The notes below the pieces were generated by a model. It did not search any database. It was not told the origin of the DNA and saw only the letters and a program-made list of their open reading frames with translations. A stretch of DNA of 60,243 nucleotides, counting the filler. It is 5 parts of 5 records of this genome, joined end to end, with 100 filler letters (N's around TTAATTAATTAA, not from the genome) between each part and the next. Parts side by side here need not be neighbours in the genome. Positions count along the whole stretch, not along the records: positions 49,897 to 60,243 come from SRR31156797_5017; 4 more parts are not named here. One strand, written 5' to 3'. Positions 58,801-60,243 of this stretch are shown here, piece by piece; positions within the stretch are counted from its first letter, which is position 1; every line of letters starts with the position of its first letter. Position numbers and translations under genes: made by a program.

Positions 58801-60243
58801 TGAACATCAAGACCGCCGAACTGGACAACAGCGGTGGCATTGTCGGGCAGAATGTGACCGTTGAAGCCGACAATGTCAGAAACAGTGGCGGCGACATGGC
58901 CGGACAGACCCTGAATGTCACGGCCGGCAAGGACATTATAAACAGTAGCGGTTCGATCAGAGGCAAGGACGTCTCTCTCTCAGTCGGTCGCAATGTCGCC
59001 ATTGAGACAAAGACCGAACAGCGCCGGGACGGGGCAACCGATTCCCATTCCTACGTGCATCAGACCGCTGACGTGACCGCCTCCGGCGATCTGAATATTC
59101 GTTCGGGAGCCGACACCAAGGTCCGGGCTGCCAAACTGTCGGCTGACGGCACGGCCTCCATTGACGCGGATGGCGACGTGACCATCGGCACCAAGGCCGT
59201 TACCGAACACATTGAAGCCATGTATTACAAGGCCGACCAAGAAAGCCACATGGGCTCCAAGGTCAAGGCAGGGAGCCTGGACATCACTTCCGGCAAAGAT
59301 GCAACCGTGGCTGGCAGCTCTCTCGACGCAACCGGCGACGCCTCCATCAGTGCGGCGGGCAACGTCGCCATCATGGGCGTAACCAACTATTCCGAGTCGG
59401 AACATAAGCGTTCCACCTCCGGCGGCATGTTCGGAGGCGGAGGCACCAAGCGGGTTCACGCGGAAAAGAGCCGGGTCACCCGGTCCTCGGTCACAGCTGA
59501 CGGTCATGTAACCATCAACGCAGGCACTGATACGACGGATGCCGGGAAAGGTAATCTGGTCGTGATGGGAAGCGGAATCGAGGCTGGCGGCAACGCGACC
59601 CTGAACGCAGAGGGAGAAAGCATTGTCGGCTCCATGAAAGAGCGCACGTATCGGGACGATTCCGGCTCCTCCTCAGGACTGTTCTCATCCTCCAAGTCCA
59701 AGGAAACTCTTGATGAAAACAGCTTGGTGGGCAGTTCCGTCACAGCCGGACAGGATGCCCGGCTGACCGCTGGCTCCGGCGTGGCGCTGGACTCCAGCGC
59801 CGTCAAGGCGGGCCGGGCCGTAAAACTGACAGCCAAGACTGGCGATGTGATCATTTCCAGCGGCCAGGACACCTACGCCCACCATGTTGAAAAGAGCAAG
59901 TCCGGCTTCATGGGCACCGGCTCCATGGAGCTGCGGGACAAGCAGTCGGTAACCACCGTCCGCAGCGAAATCGAAGCTGGCAACAAGGTCGCCATCGAAG
60001 CCAAGGAAGACGTGACACTCCAGGCCGCACGCATCACTTCCGGCGACACCACCGAGATCACGGCCAAGGACGGCCAGGTCGCCATGCTCGTGACCAAAGA
60101 CAGCGTGTACGAACGCAATATCAAGTCCAAGACCAGTTTTTTCTCTTGGTCCTCCAAAGACGAAGGAACGCACGACGAAACGGTCCGTCATACCGAAATC
60201 AACGCCGCAGGCGGTCTGACCATCACCACCGCCGAGGGCATCC
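55851..60243 (+). CDS. cdiA: TpsA/CdiA filamentous haemagglutinin-like exoprotein (runs off window end; absent from ORF track)
   Basis: signal peptide, TPS domain (GVSHNLFTDFNV, NPNL, ILNEV, ANPNGI), GGMYA, YP-like region (YLIETNP..LGDAFFE..DIVWY..VLVPVVYL), FHA-2 repeats. Confidence 0.92.
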   Translation, partial: MKANRISNQLLSVILSCLIVFQPGFIAMAGDRPTVVDPTAPDGKKPIIDQAANGVPIELIATPGSGGVSHNLFTDFNVNKIGLIINNSQSMGQSQLGGIIAGNPNLKGGEARLILNEVTGANRSHLEGYTELHGGKADYILANPNGITVNGGGFINFPQVTLTTGKSCFGTGGLEGIDVRSGDILVEGAGVNATNIDAFTLLARATQINAAIHAKILTIAVGQNAYNPTDGSITALAPDATLTPSVAIDSSALGGMYARRIVLQGTEAGVGVNLKGIIQAVDSFELTADGQIRLKNKTTAGTDIQIRSQNGGVEINDTVYAGGAALVSAADALNIRQGASGDTSMVGAAGHLTLSAASVNAVDGNITAGLQTDGSVSGGTLSVMAANSLTTKDSKLVSGGKLSIASSDISIDGGSVAAVEKLSIQGSNSGDVVMTGAAELSSLNAMDVEARSWTAADGLLKANGLYFSLIGDLNLGSAVLNSTGTLTLEANSLATGAGASITSFADMVLALDALQNNGGLIYAGDELNLNVRRLDNTSAGYIVGVNGVDVSGQTEGSRAALISNNQSVIESLGGSVNIAAESLENISGAATITTQDAGWIYWSMGFPADFPGFNADGTRNVFSEAGARLYQNKGGVNAHLQYILETYGLPWHRPYDGRTLQEWIHTTEEIIENAGVTAEILSAENMVIDADTILNDHGIISSGADLTITANSLTNRGVELSRNLDFYRNFHQVHDSGSRSYGQVQQHFELSQVTSSDPAVVAAAGTLTVNVPGHVNNESFKEGEQYTGKFAGNAAYSDLEVTGPLKDPDTGEPVNTITVSLPTGVGSLYVVNKNPEQTYLIETNPAMTNVGNFYGSQYFFDEVGVNVADLNNQILGDAFFETNMVRKQILKATGKRYLNPTYTSDADQFRRLMDNAAQAKTELGLEIGVALSAEQLAGLTEDIVWYETREVMGKKVLVPVVYLGSVSQANLDLTRGAMLTGDSVNIKTAELDNSGGIVGQNVTVEADNVRNSGGDMAGQTLNVTAGKDIINSSGSIRGKDVSLSVGRNVAIETKTEQRRDGATDSHSYVHQTADVTASGDLNIRSGADTKVRAAKLSADGTASIDADGDVTIGTKAVTEHIEAMYYKADQESHMGSKVKAGSLDITSGKDATVAGSSLDATGDASISAAGNVAIMGVTNYSESEHKRSTSGGMFGGGGTKRVHAEKSRVTRSSVTADGHVTINAGTDTTDAGKGNLVVMGSGIEAGGNATLNAEGESIVGSMKERTYRDDSGSSSGLFSSSKSKETLDENSLVGSSVTAGQDARLTAGSGVALDSSAVKAGRAVKLTAKTGDVIISSGQDTYAHHVEKSKSGFMGTGSMELRDKQSVTTVRSEIEAGNKVAIEAKEDVTLQAARITSGDTTEITAKDGQVAMLVTKDSVYERNIKSKTSFFSWSSKDEGTHDETVRHTEINAAGGLTITTAEGI

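Noticed and set aside
55896-60191. Many minus-strand ORFs in the last 4.4 kb
   Set aside because: They are antisense to the continuous cdiA frame starting at 55851.

Overview
The window is not one locus. It joins five separate contigs with 100-nt N/TTAATTAATTAA spacers (15452-15551, 38019-38118, 43181-43280, 49797-49896). (1) 1-15451: AT-rich, Campylobacterota (Arcobacter-like) nitrogen-fixation accessory cluster with nifE, nifN, nifX, nifW, nifZ, flavodoxin, ferredoxins, fprA and the 5' part of nifB. It carries its own rpoN and six readable sigma54 -24/-12 promoters. Oddities include a cysteine-less FeSII(Shethna)-like protein, a HicB-Sel1-NifU fusion and two degenerate Tpx-like proteins. 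(2) 15552-38018: Campylobacterota housekeeping region (engB, lptAC, kdsC, hisB, rlpA, hslUV, rplI, rpsO), a degenerate NtrC/NtrB-like pair before amtB and a P-II gene, and a nagZ-SSS transporter-anmK-amgK-murU peptidoglycan-recycling operon. (3) 38119-43180: acyl-CoA ligase, TetR and a B12-radical SAM gene, probably Desulfobacterota. (4) 43281-49796: tRNA 3' end, GT4 plus methyltransferase, a NorQ/CbbQ plus NorD/CbbO pair, and YibE/F. (5) 49897-60243: a CdiA toxin tip with immunity gene, hipBA, two abutting Tn7-like transposon ends (TGTGGGYGAGTAATAAA, five TnsB-type sites, 4-bp spacer), a c-di-GMP-I riboswitch and cdiB-cdiA. The most striking candidate system is in contig 5: an apparently transposase-less, Tn7-like-ended element carrying a riboswitch-controlled CDI system plus HipBA, seen as a head-to-tail end junction (excised circle or tandem array). 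All family and taxon calls are by-eye motif recognition; no searches were run.
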